DNA of 64,000 nucleotides, taken from positions 23,064,001 to 23,128,000 of the forward strand of contig NC_134481.1 in NCBI RefSeq assembly GCF_964194025.1, given 5' to 3'. A program made the translations under genes and the position numbers. Every line of letters begins with the position of its first letter. The first letter of the stretch is position 1. Origin of the DNA: Convolutriloba macropyga. Its lineage: Eukaryota. The notes under the pieces were generated by a model. It saw only the letters and a program-made list of their open reading frames with translations. It was not told where the DNA came from and searched no databases. Shown one piece after another: positions 50,858 through 62,257 of this stretch.

Positions 50858-53180
50858 GGAGAAATTCATGAAGATTTGTGATATGTTGTTTGTAAAAATT
50901 TTGAGTTCATCGGCAAATAAAATGTACGATTCTTGAGTTGTCGAGTTTAAGGGCTAAGGGTGCTTTTTAATTATAATAGCATCAATCTCGTAGCTGAACA
51001 AAGCTTTGCTATAGTTTTTACGATTTCTTTAGAAACTAAGGGAAAACAACATTATTGTTAAATACTGCTCATATTTCAGTCATCACTCGTTGCGTTCCCA
51101 ACATTCGACGGTCTGTATGTCCAATCGGAGGGCCAAGTTTACAGATTGACAATTTTCCACCCGCCTGAAGTGAAAATGCTAATGCGACAAATGCGTACAC
51201 CAACCGGAGCCATTCACTGGGCTCACACGGAGGATTCGAAGAAACTTGAAATGGATCAAATTTTGAAACCAAAATTGAGGGTCTTATTTGCAGGGTTCGA
51301 ACAGTTCTTCCCTCAGTTTGGACCCATCTGTAGATTAGTGAAAGCCTGGGTCAATGCTCACTTGTTGCTGTTCGAAATTGGTGATCTTGTAGTTGAATTA
51401 CTTGTGGCTGCTATGTTGGAAAACGGTCACTTGAATGGCAAGTATTTGTTGCCTATTTCAATCATTTCATCACGTTTAATAGGTGTATAGAGAATAACTC
51501 AGAAATTACTTTGGAGCCCTTAGTATAGAGTAACTTAGGCTCCTTGACAGAAATAAGTGCTTTTTAACATTTAAGCTGTTTCATGTGCGGTAAAATAAAT
51601 GATCAAATGAATAACGATAAATTTATTTAGAATGAATTGTACACACAATAATGTAGATTGAGTCATAAAATCGGAAACTAACGAATTCGAAATTGTCTAA
51701 TGATGCATTAAATAAACATAACACAAAATGAAGGCACGTTGTCTTGAGTCAAAGTTTGAGTTCATAAGTGTGATGTGTAAGTTCGAGATTTCTTGTTTCA
51801 GGTGCTGTTCCTGGAAGCATGCAAGCGGGTCTCTTTAAATTTTGGTGTTTCATTTCAACCTTCAATTTTGCAGTCAGTCTTATAAGATTGGGTCTGCAAG
51901 ATCCAAACACTTTAACCACTCGTGAAGCATCAGGTATGTTCATGTTCGTTTGTGCCAACAAAACGAAGAAATTTTTTCTCACCCCCCCCCCCTCCGGACG
52001 GGGTCTTCAAGTAATGAGATTCTGCATTTAGTGATTTACAGACCGCAAGTAGGTATATATTGCTGTAAGATAAAGATTTTTTTCAGAAGCTAACCCTTTA
52101 AATGAGCAGATTCTATCCCGAATGTATATCTTTGAAGCAAAGATTATCTCGAATCTCCTAATCTAATGTTTTTGCTGCTTGAATTTTTTCCTAAATTTAA
52201 ATCTGCAAACGCTTTGACCTAACTCATATTAACTTTATAGTCAAGTAGCGATAGTGAGGGATACTAGTGATAGTGTTGTTTTTTTATGACTCGAAGAGGA
52301 TATGCTTTTATGTAAACTATTTCGAAACAAAAATTGGATCTATACTGTTTTGCCCCCTCCCAGCTTAGTGGGCTTATATTTTTTACGCTTATATTTTTAC
52401 GCACGTGCTATTTTTTACATAGTTACGTGCTATATAACAACATATAATTTGTAACTGGGGGGATTTTTGGGATCTAACAGAATAGATGCCAAAAATTTTT
52501 TTTCAATTCTTTCAGAGCAAGAGAAGTGCGCAGAGTTGAAATTTGATTTGGACAGAGTCGAGTTTCCGCCTCTGACAATATTTACTCCAGTTACACCCAT
52601 GACATCAGATTTCACATCTCATGTTTCACAACCTGTTCTCAACAGACTGGCTAAACTGTCTGCCAAAGCTCTCAAAGTAGTTCACACTGACATGATGCTA
52701 TCATTGAATGGGCGAAAAGAATTTCCCAATGTGGCTACGATTTTCGAACCAAATTTTGCGAGTTTTGATTTAATCGTACAGGTTGTGGCACCGGAAAAAG
52801 ATGAGAAAAATGGCCCGAAGGCTAAAAAACAAAAGAAGAACGAAACTGATGTCAGTGAAAGCGATGAAAGTGAAAGTGATGATGACGATGCCAATGATCA
52901 AATGCACAAAAAATCAAGAAAAATGATTCCGGTTTTCAACGTAAATTTGGTCGAAATGGTAGCTAAGCGCCTGAAAGCATGCGTTGGCCATTTAGCTCAT
53001 GTATTTTGCGATATTCACTCTGAAAGTGCTGATAAAGTTGCTCTCAAGTTCAAAAAGAGTCAGTTTCCTGAAGTTAACGACTGGTTCAGTGCTAACTTGG
53101 CACTGATTGTTGGCGAAATCGAAACTGTAGTTGGAATCAATTTGATTGTTGATATGCAGTTGCTTTATAAAGATGTGTAA
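44655..53180 (+). CDS. NOL6: Nucleolar protein 6 (Nrap/UTP22); exons 44655-46203, 46629-47269, 51080-51437, 51802-51933, 52516-53180 (~1114 aa)
   Basis: KGP....EAEKFRQLWG..KLRRFKDGTICYAV, WP...EAVKRLKAAFY, FGPICRLVKAWVNAHLL, VVELLVAA, PGSMQAGLFKF and PPLTIFTP match Nrap motifs. All intron phases match (1, 0, 1, 1). Confidence 0.92.
47850..49450. repeat. Diverged tandem array of ~500-560-bp units in NOL6 intron 2
   Basis: The motif ttgaca..aa..tgaa...ttgat.tttca.g.gca.aa...aaa.ct.gca recurs near 48120, 48620 and 49185. Confidence 0.6.
50802..50854. repeat. (TA)n microsatellite
   Basis: About 26 uninterrupted TA units. Confidence 0.97.
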
Positions 53181-53299
53181 TAGAACTTTCCCGTGAGTGC
53201 AATTTTCCAGAAATTGTTATCAGTGTTTTCTCGAAATGTATTCCCCATGAGAGCGCTAGCCCCTCCCCTAATGTTGGCAGCAATAATGGCCCGCTTATT

Positions 53300-53366
53300 A
53301 GTACCGAAGCCAACCGTTCGCGGGTCGTTTGACAGCAATTCGCTAGATGTTGTTCGGTTATGTTTT
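53300..53366 (+). mobile_element. HINE-like 3' end just downstream of the NOL6 stop
   Basis: gtcgtttgacagcaattcgctagatgttgttcggttatgtttt. Confidence 0.55.
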
Positions 53367-53761
53367 AACTTATCGATGGACCTGTTTCCCCTAGCATTCC
53401 TGTCTTGAGTTTACTACTGAAGTCAATTGGAAAATGTGGCCGCAAATGGTATCTTATTTGATCATCTTTTTTCTATCAATCTGCAAATAACTTTTGATTA
53501 CTTTGATAGCAGGAGTTACGGTTAATTTAGGATATCTCAATCTAAAGGACGGTTATTGAGGAAGCTTTGAAGCAATTAATGATTCTCATCAGGTTCATCT
53601 CTTCAGTTCAAAGCAGCACAGAAATAATAGTGAAATCGTATTTTGAGAATACATGTCTACACAGAAATCACAGCTATTTTCTTGAAATATGCCAGCAATA
53701 TTACTCGCAGTTCATTTTGTTGAGCGAACATGGGTGACCTAGCATCCTGTTTGAAAATGGC

Positions 53762-54110
53762 TAATGCGGTGAAACAAACAAGGTTTCGGGAAATTATATT
53801 TGTCCTGTCGGTCTTTTGATGTGATTTTTTCGTACTATTGGCTTTGTCTGACCTTTTGACTTTTTGTGATTAACGGGTAAAGCACGGAGGGTATTAAGTC
53901 GCTGAGCATTTCTCTTAAAGCTTTGCTATTCTCTAAGGATACAAATTATCGAAGCTGCTAAGAAGACATAAAATCAGTGTGTGAGGGGCAGTTTAAACTC
54001 CCTTCACCTCAGTTGACCCCCGCTTCGACCGCCACCTCACTCGCTTTCATAAACCCCGAACGATCGACATCCACCCACGCCGCTTAAAGCCCATCGCACC
54101 CCTCAGTAAA
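53762..54110 (+). mobile_element. Diverged HINE-like copy (5' and core) upstream of WDR83OS
   Basis: aattatatttgtcctgtcggtcttttgatg, tctgaccttttgactttt and gggtattaag match copies A-C. Confidence 0.5.
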
Positions 54111-54648
54111 CAATCTCCTTAAAGAGCCCCTTTTTCTTCTCTTTTCCACCTCTGCAAAGTTTTTAATAAGGAAAATTACTTCATGAATCTAGGCTCTTGA
54201 TTTAGTTTGTGATAAATTGTGTTTTACTACTGGATTTATGCTTATTTGTGTCATGCTTAACTGTGTTATGCTTAATAATCCTCGAAAAATGCTTGCGAGT
54301 AAAGACGCTTTCAAAGTATTAGCTTTTGATGCTGGATCATGTTCACCGTTGGATCGCAGCTTCAAATTAATTTGTTGCTATATAGATATGTACATAAGAA
54401 CAGAATTTTCAAAGCTGTACAGGTAAGATACAAGCGAATAATAAACGAAATAGAATATTCACGCATTTTTTGGTTTTTTCAGGCATCTTTTTGTGATCTG
54501 GGACATAATCAATGTTAAATAGAAGCCATATATGGTCGCTTGGATGTAGTTACTATTTTTGTCTCGCTTAGTGGCGTAAATGTATCTGGCCTTGGATGTC
54601 GTTGCCGAGAAAAGAGTGATGCTCATTCCGACTAATTTCAGAAAGTAA

Positions 54649-55494
54649 ATGTCGTCATCTACAAGCAATGGCTTTGCAGCATCAGCCGGCGACCCTAGAC
54701 GTCCAAATAAAGTTGTGAGGTACAGACCCGCACCTGTTTCCGAGAACAGCTCTGCTCCTGCTGATGACCCGATCGCAGACTATATGAATCTGTTGGGCAT
54801 GGTATTCAGTATGTGTGGTCTTATGATGAAACTCAAGTGGTGTGCATGGGTGGCTGTTTACTGTGCTTTCATCTCCTTTGCTAACTCAAGGTAGCTCACG
54901 TTTTGCTATGTCTTCTGTGGTCAACAATGTTATTTCGAAGGGAAAAATAAGGAAAGAAATGCTGAAGGGAAGAAAAGAAATAAACGTATCTTTTCCCCCT
55001 AATTGGGTACCTGAATAAGAGTACTCTTAATGGGTACCATGGAATAATGCGGACCTTTTGAAAACCTTTTGGTTTGATTTTGACAAACAGCTTTTAAATT
55101 TTTTTAAAAAAAACCAAATCAATTTATCGTGAGGCACAAGGTGTCTTTGCATGTTTAGTGTGCTAGGAGTCCCTCAAGATCAAAACTGTGATTCGAATTC
55201 TTCTTACGCTTTTTCCAACATTTTGTATTGATTTGTGGATGGTTTTGCAGACAGAATTTGGGGCTTAAAACAGTTTTGCTCGCATGTCAAAATAAACGCA
55301 ATAACATACATCTGAATTAGTTCAAATTTGATGAGTTGTTCATCTAAGCGAGATGATATAAGCGAATAAGGCTTTGTTTCAGAGCAACCGAGGATTCAAA
55401 ACAGATGCTCTCCAGTTTTATGCTCTCAATATCAGCAGTTGTCATGTCATACTTACAAAACCCTCAGCCCATGACACCGCCCTGGCAGTATTGA
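54649..55494 (+). CDS. WDR83OS: Asterix / PAT10 ER membrane chaperone; exons 54649-54890 and 55383-55494 (117 aa)
   Basis: [48 protein letters not shown], then [32 protein letters not shown]; phase-2 GT-AG intron. Confidence 0.97.
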
Positions 55495-57529
55495 CAAATT
55501 TACAGACACTCGCCTCAATTCACAGAGATTGATGCAATTGAAGATCTGCGCTGCTGACGGCTGTGTTAATTTGTCCTTCAGACAAAGGAATTTTTTTCCT
55601 TAAAGATCTCCGTAGACACTGAAGTCAATCGCCATCTGAGAAATAATTGCAATTTGTTTAATCTATATAAGCTGATATCCTTTTTTATCTTGTTCCATAT
55701 TCCTATGATATATTTTCTAGATTTATTTGATGCTACATCTATTTACAATTGTTCCGCAAAAAAAAACTTATACATGAGAGAATTTTTTGAAGCCAGAAAA
55801 TCTTATTTGCTGTATAAACAATTGTTGGTCGAATTGACCTGAAATGTTGCGTTTCGCTTTTACGTGAATGTTTTATGGTATTTCAGATTTTGTGCAATAT
55901 CAGATTTGAATAATTTTAATCATTGATTGATTGATTGATTGATTACATCTGCTACACTATGACTGCAGTTGGTCTTACGAGTGATGCTGCTTCTCGGACC
56001 GCTTCGACAGCAGGTATGGGTGAGTTAGGAACCTAAGCGTTAGCTAGATTTTGCCAATATATCCCCTCTCAATTGCTAAGCCTTTTTTTGCAATTATTCA
56101 GATCTTGGTTTGTTTGTTCCAGTTGCAAAAGTTTTATACCAAAGCCAACAAACCCCTCGCGCGAGAGCAGTTTGTCAAACGGTAGTCGGTTTCATGTTCT
56201 GTTTTGGGCTACTTCGCGTTGTTTCGTGAATTGACCAGAGGGTTAACTAGTTCTGCCAGGATCCACTAAGCAGTTTGAATACCAAGATTGCTCAAGTTTG
56301 CTTCAAATATAAAAAGAAAACAGGGGTCACTTTTCTTGGGGGTATATTCTAAGTTTCCAAGTATCTCATGGATAACAATTGCTATTGGCTTCTGGAGAAT
56401 AATTAAGCTCCTCTAAAATAAATAACATTTGAAAAATGTTTGAAGTTTACCCATTGATGATTTCGGCTCTATGAAAATGAATATACGTCAAATCTTCTAG
56501 ACCGCTGGGTATCACAATTTTATTCATTCGCCAAATAATGAATTTAGTCATTTGTATTCAGTGGAGATTTTGAGAAGTCAGTAATGCTAAAACTATATGA
56601 GAATTGTGTGGTAAAAAGTGTGTGATAACTAATTTCTTGCTAGTTTAGAAAACGTGACTTGTGCGGAGCTTGAGATATAACTGGTGAAATTAGCGGCTCT
56701 TGTTAGTGAAATAACTGAATGGTTCGCATTATATTTAATAACAATTTTAAAACAAAGTTTCAAGTTTGTAGCTTATAATCAATGAAATTGGAAACATCAA
56801 TTTTTTATCCCAGATATTTTTTATCCAAGTTTATTGTTTCCCAGTTGTCTTTTGTTGCTTTTTAAAATTGTTGAAACGACTACAGGAGAGTTTGATTGAC
56901 CTATCATGATTCTATTCATTATAGTTTGTTGTAACAATTAAGACAGGTATATTGATAGCAGAATGCTTTTGGGTGGATCAAGCTAACTTTTTAAAACATG
57001 TGCTAGTCCCAGAGGAGAGCTGTTACTGACCATGTCTCATGAGTTCTCAGATGTAATCCGGAAATCTTGGGTCGGTTTACTATTTACTGTCTACTTAAAT
57101 CTAGTTTTAAGGCAAACGCCATTGAGTTGAGGCTACAATTTGCTATTGATATACACTGAATGGCGAATGTAAGCCCCCCCCCCCCCCCCCAATTTTATGA
57201 AAAAAAAAATGCAATTTGTGAGGCAATTTTACTCTTAAAATCAAATTTCGAACATAATTTTTACACCATTGATCCCCTACACTAGTCTTGTCGGCTACCT
57301 ATGAAATTCAGTTAAAACCCAACGTTCACTTACCAGAAATCCCAATGTAATGTTTACAAATCTATCCTTCATTGTTAAAAGAAAGTTGTCACAAGATGTG
57401 ATGTTGTCACAAGATGTGATATCTTTTCAGGTTTGTTCAAATGCGGCTAAGTTTGCACTTGTGTTGAACATTAGAGAAAAGATGATGCATAAATTGTGAA
57501 CTTGGATGAAGTTTATCAACTTTAGATTG

Positions 57530-58388
57530 TGTCACGCCCCTATTTCGTCCCTCATAGTTACGTGATTATTTTCCTTTAAATATCCATAAATAAGTGCTTT
57601 AATCTAGTTCAATTTCATTTAGTTTCAAGGTCATATATAGCCAGTATTTACCATCTAGGCCTGTAACCCCTAATTTGTTTATGTTTATGAAAAGCAACCG
57701 CAGAGTGACAGTTTTACTAGCAAACATATCAAGTGCCTAAATGCCTCAATATTTACTTTTTTGAGTTTCTTGAAGATAAATTCGCATAATTAGTAAATAA
57801 CTTCATGAGAGATTATGTACTTGGTGAAGTAATTATTCTGATAAAGTAGGTGCTAATACGGAACTTGTTTATGTACTTAACAAACATCAAGAGACGTACA
57901 AAAGCCGGAAATTGCCCAACTTGTAGATCAGTAAATATTTGCGAAGGACCAATACAACTCAAGGCACAGTCCTGCGGAACTTACGATCAGCAGAACACCG
58001 CAGAAACAGCCTGACTATCAGTTGCTAATAAAACTCAGCAAAAACTCGAACTTCTTATTCTATCATTGAAAACTTTGGCTTTATTTTTCTAATTAAATAA
58101 TTAATGATTGAACTGGGAATTCTTCCTAAAACTAATAAGTTAAAACAGGCTACATTAGAGTTATAGTATGGCTAAATAAAGCTCTAAAAGCCAAGGCAGC
58201 TAGTGGATATATCGCGCATCCGAACCGCTCAATAAAAGGCTATTACTAGCTAAGTTTATTCAAAATATATCCGCTAAAAATCGCACTGTGAAACATCAAA
58301 ATAAGTCCTTGAAAAATGACAATAATTATTCCAAGTTATCTCTCAAATTTACCTCGCAGATTCATACTCTAAAAATTAGTGCGTAACA
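57530..58388 (+). repeat. 5' LTR (859 bp)
   Basis: Direct repeat of 62258-63124, with roughly a dozen substitutions plus two indels by eye. Confidence 0.96.
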
Positions 58389-58400
58389 TGGTGACAGTAG
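58389..58400 (+). other. Primer-binding site (tRNA identity uncertain, possibly Leu)
   Basis: TGGTGACAGTAG directly after the LTR-terminal CA; resembles the tRNA-Leu complement TGGTGGCAGCGG with mismatches. Confidence 0.6.
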
Positions 58401-58778
58401 TTATTAACTGTTTTCCAGTTTAAACGAACCGAAACTCTGATTAATTCCTTGATAAATTCGACATTTTCTTTCTTTTCTTCCGCCATTTTCTTCTTTTGCT
58501 TTTTCTTCATTACCTTAAGAGCCTCCAATCATCCAGACCAGCATCCAGCACTTCCTTTCCGAGCAAGACGATAATGCAGAAAGCAGTAACAAAGGAAAGA
58601 ATGAGTGGAAACTGTGTTTGTGTCTCTGTGGACTAAATGCAATAACAATCCAAAAGTGTTTGAGTGGTCAATAACTGGAACAAACTCAACCACAACGGAC
58701 AAAAACAACACAGGGTATTTGCAAACGAGGATATTGTGAGTAAATAATTTTGTAAAATTTAATTTTGGTGCTTTATTT

Positions 58779-59111
58779 ATGTCATTTTATAAAGAACAAA
58801 TTCTCCCTGCTATTAATAATGGTCGCGCTTCCCCCAATTTTGTTGAATATATTGAAGGAAATAACATCAACTACACCTATGACAGCAATAAAACACAAGC
58901 TCAGATAGTAAGCGCTTTTTCCTCTTCAGCTTATAAATCCATCGTTATTTATGTGCTAGATAAAGATGATAAACGTGTAGCAATTCATTGGACAGCAAAA
59001 AGTTTAAATCAGAAATCTCGCAAATTTGGCCTTATCCGTTACAAACTTCAATCAGACAGAGATATTAACCTTGACAACATCATTACTGATTATCAGATAA
59101 CATCAGAATAA
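58779..59111 (+). CDS. Intact orphan 110-aa ORF in the LTR-element leader (ORF0), unknown function
   Basis: ATG to TAA, uninterrupted, with globular-looking composition; located between the PBS and gag. No family recognised. Confidence 0.5.
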   Translation: MSFYKEQILPAINNGRASPNFVEYIEGNNINYTYDSNKTQAQIVSAFSSSAYKSIVIYVLDKDDKRVAIHWTAKSLNQKSRKFGLIRYKLQSDRDINLDNIITDYQITSE

Positions 59112-59630
59112 GCTAAATTACTGAAACCATCACTTAAATATTAACTAAAAGAGGGCAAAACAAAAATTTAAACAAAATAATAAAACAAATTTATTTTATT
59201 TCCCCACCCAGCTCCGGAGGTTAATGAATCAAACAGTGACTTCGGTCAATTATGCTGTTGCCTATCTGAGTGCAGCTTCCACAAGGCCTGTGCGGTCGTG
59301 GTCCCCACGAATTTTCCTAGACTAAGGGGCACTCTTTAGAGGTGAGACTTCGGCGGCCCATACGGCTTCAACGATATAAGTCTGACGATTCGACCAGAGC
59401 TTTAGGAATGGGCTTATAAGCTTTATAAGCAGCCCTTCTTTAATATTTGCTGAACGAATGGTTTCAGTAGCTTCTTTTCTGATATTCTTGTGCTATTCAT
59501 TTAACTGTTTTCTTCTCTTAAAACCCCTTAATCTCTCCATTAAGTTAAGTTTAGTGTGCTACTTAATACTTTAGAACGAAAATAAGACTGATTGAACATT
59601 AAGTATATAATCTAATCGGGAAAAAGCAAA

Positions 59631-60466
59631 ATGGCACACTTACAGATCAATATCACGCCTTTTTCTGGATCAGAAACGGACAATTTCAACGAGTTTGAAC
59701 AACTAATAACAGGTGCAATCGGAGTTGCGGCAATCGCGGCCGCGCAACAAGCGAATTTTCTGCAATTACATTTAAAAGGAGATGCTTTACGATACTTTCT
59801 AACGCTACCAGAGGCTACCAGACTAATTTTTGAACATAGTATAACAGCTCTAAGAAATAGATTCACACAAGACGACTTGAGAGAGATCAGAGTAATAAAA
59901 TTGGAGAACCAAAAGTTTAATCCAAAAACAGACACAGTGAAAAATTTCTTAGTAAAGTTGAGAACAGAAGCAAATAAAGCATATCCAGCACCTGAAATAG
60001 TAGTAGCGCCAGCAGGAGCAGGTGATCCTGAAGCCCGTAGATTCGAAAGAGAGACAGCAGCAAGAGAATCTGCCCTTCAGATGTCAGAAAATCGAAAATG
60101 AGCAAATAAAGCGCTTCTTTATTAAGTCTATGCTGAATTGGCTTAAGCCTAAGCTGTTAGAAAGGCCAGATACTGATACAATTGATCAATTATGCACCTT
60201 AGCTAGCCAACAAATTGCAATTAGGGAGATGTGTAACAGAGAAGAGTACTTTGACGATGGATTTAATGAAATAACCGAATCGAACACAGATAAAATGCTA
60301 AAAGCAATAACTGTTATTTCAAATAATCAAAAAGAACTTGAGCAGCAACTTAACAGAAAGTAGCATCTAAAATTGAGCCATCAGAACAAAGCCCAGTACA
60401 CATTTTTACACCACATTGCCCACAACAAGTCTACAAACAAAGTTATAGACAAAATTTTCGCCCTCA
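59631..60466 (+). pseudogene. gag: Retrotransposon gag (capsid), frameshifted near 60095, stop at 60361, truncated by the deletion
   Basis: ITPFSGSETDNFNEF, LHLKGDALRYF, ALRNRF, TVKNFLVKLRTEANKAYP and QIKRFFIKSM are typical Ty3/gypsy capsid motifs. Confidence 0.85.
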
Positions 60467-61723
60467 GTTGAAGACGGACTTTTACTGACACTAGCCATTC
60501 CCCTAGCCTCTAGCCAGACAGTGTTTGAAGTTTATCGTGCCAATGTTATCCCTATGCCCCAGAAGGACTCTGTAGACGCCTTACAATGGGTGATAGAGGG
60601 AGAGTACTTAGCAATCTCCGAAGGACAGATGGAAACTACAGTACTGACAAAAGCCCAGTATGACAACTGTCTTGGATCGCCACGATACCGAATCTGTCAT
60701 GAGACAATGGAAACCCACCTTGGATTCTCCTCGTGCCTAGCAACCCTCAAGTTTCATCATGCCATTACAGCATTGAAAGTATGTGACACGGAGAAGGTTG
60801 TGTTACCCAACCCAGAACGAGCACAGAACCTTTGATACGGAATTTGGCTCTTAACATCAGCTTCAAGTGATTTTACCCTTAGTGAGATTGGTACGGATGA
60901 GAATGGCCAAGAGACCAACATTTCTCACAAAGGTTGTAACATCTGGTTAATCACATTAAAATGTGGACATACAATGTTCAGTGACCACATTAAAATTCGA
61001 GCTGATTTACAAAGTTGTCAGTATCTTCCCGCGAAGCGAATCAATGTAAAATTGCCAGATCCACTAGAACATTTTATTGACTCAGTTCCAAACATAAACG
61101 AACTTCCGAAGCACGAATCAAGCACTGAAGCAAATCTAGACTTATTGAAGAAAGTTAAAACAGAATTCATTTACTCCAATCGAAAGTTATCAACAGAATC
61201 AGTTGATGATATAGCGAAGCCTATTACCACTGAAATGAAGTCATTTAAACCAGCACTAATTGACAAACTTGAATCTTACGTTCCTATCAAACTTTCTCCT
61301 TCGCTAACAGTTATTGTCTTTATCGGAAATCTAGCTTTACATATTCTCTTCATGTACTTATACCATAAAGTAGCCTTTGTACGACGAATGGTACCAAATT
61401 TCATGAAGCTTAACGGAACCAATGTACCGCTAAACCCAGTAGTTTCCGTACCCAAACATCTGAAATCAGACGTAGTCACAACTCTAGCCAAACAACTAAA
61501 GCAACCGCCAACAGTCATCTCTCCAGAAGAACTTGGAACCCTCAAACGACAACGACGAAATTCTGCAACATGCCTGCAACTTCTACCATGTCACTCAACA
61601 CCATGGACCGATTTAACACAGACGATGAACTGGACAACCAAGCTCAATCCCGAGAGGAAAGTATACTTTGAGTTCTTGAAAATCTTATATAGTTTGACAA
61701 GTATTATTCTTTTAATCGTTTAA
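60467..61723 (+). pseudogene. env: C-terminal two-thirds of an envelope-like glycoprotein (errantivirus Env / baculovirus F-like), with an in-frame TGA at 60833
   Basis: One frame reads LLLTLAIPL..FEVYRANVIPMP..EYLAISE..YDNCLG..YRICHE..SSCLA..VCD, then Cys-rich, a helical stem, a transmembrane segment (LTVIVFIGNLALHILFMYLY) and a cytoplasmic tail. It lies immediately 5' of the 3' LTR. Confidence 0.75.
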
Positions 61724-62257
61724 GTTCCTTTCACTTATTAAGTTCTCCTCCTAAGTGCTTTATATAACCAAACTAGTGCTTCAATCCCAGAAATTAACCA
61801 GCGCTTTAAACCATTTATTTAGCCAGTTCAAATGTGTTACCCTATTCAAAGTTTAGAGCTATTATTCAGTGAAATAACCATGATTAATTTCAGTGCTAAT
61901 CTTAACGTGTCCTCTAAACCCTAACTCTATCTTATGTTCTCACTCTTTATTCAACTTTTGCGCATTCTCAACTCTCAAATGTTCCTTCAAAGCCTTTAAT
62001 CTTGTCTTAACCTTCTCCATTTCAATCTTATCTCAATTTGTCTTAACTTAAACTTTCTTCCTCTTAACTTCCTTAATTGTCTTTAACTTAAATGCTTTCG
62101 TTCAAAAACTCTTTTCTCAGAAAACATAAATTGGGTGGCTCCAATAAAAACATATGTTTACTCTTACATTCGTACAGATTATATGTTTTATAGAAAAATT
62201 GTAAAACCCCAGTTTCTTCTTAAAATTTTCATGGAAAATTTTCATAAAGTCCGGTAG

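Noticed and set aside
59380-59420. CTGACGA as a hammerhead ribozyme core
   Set aside because: No stem II followed by GAAA and no closing stems could be built.
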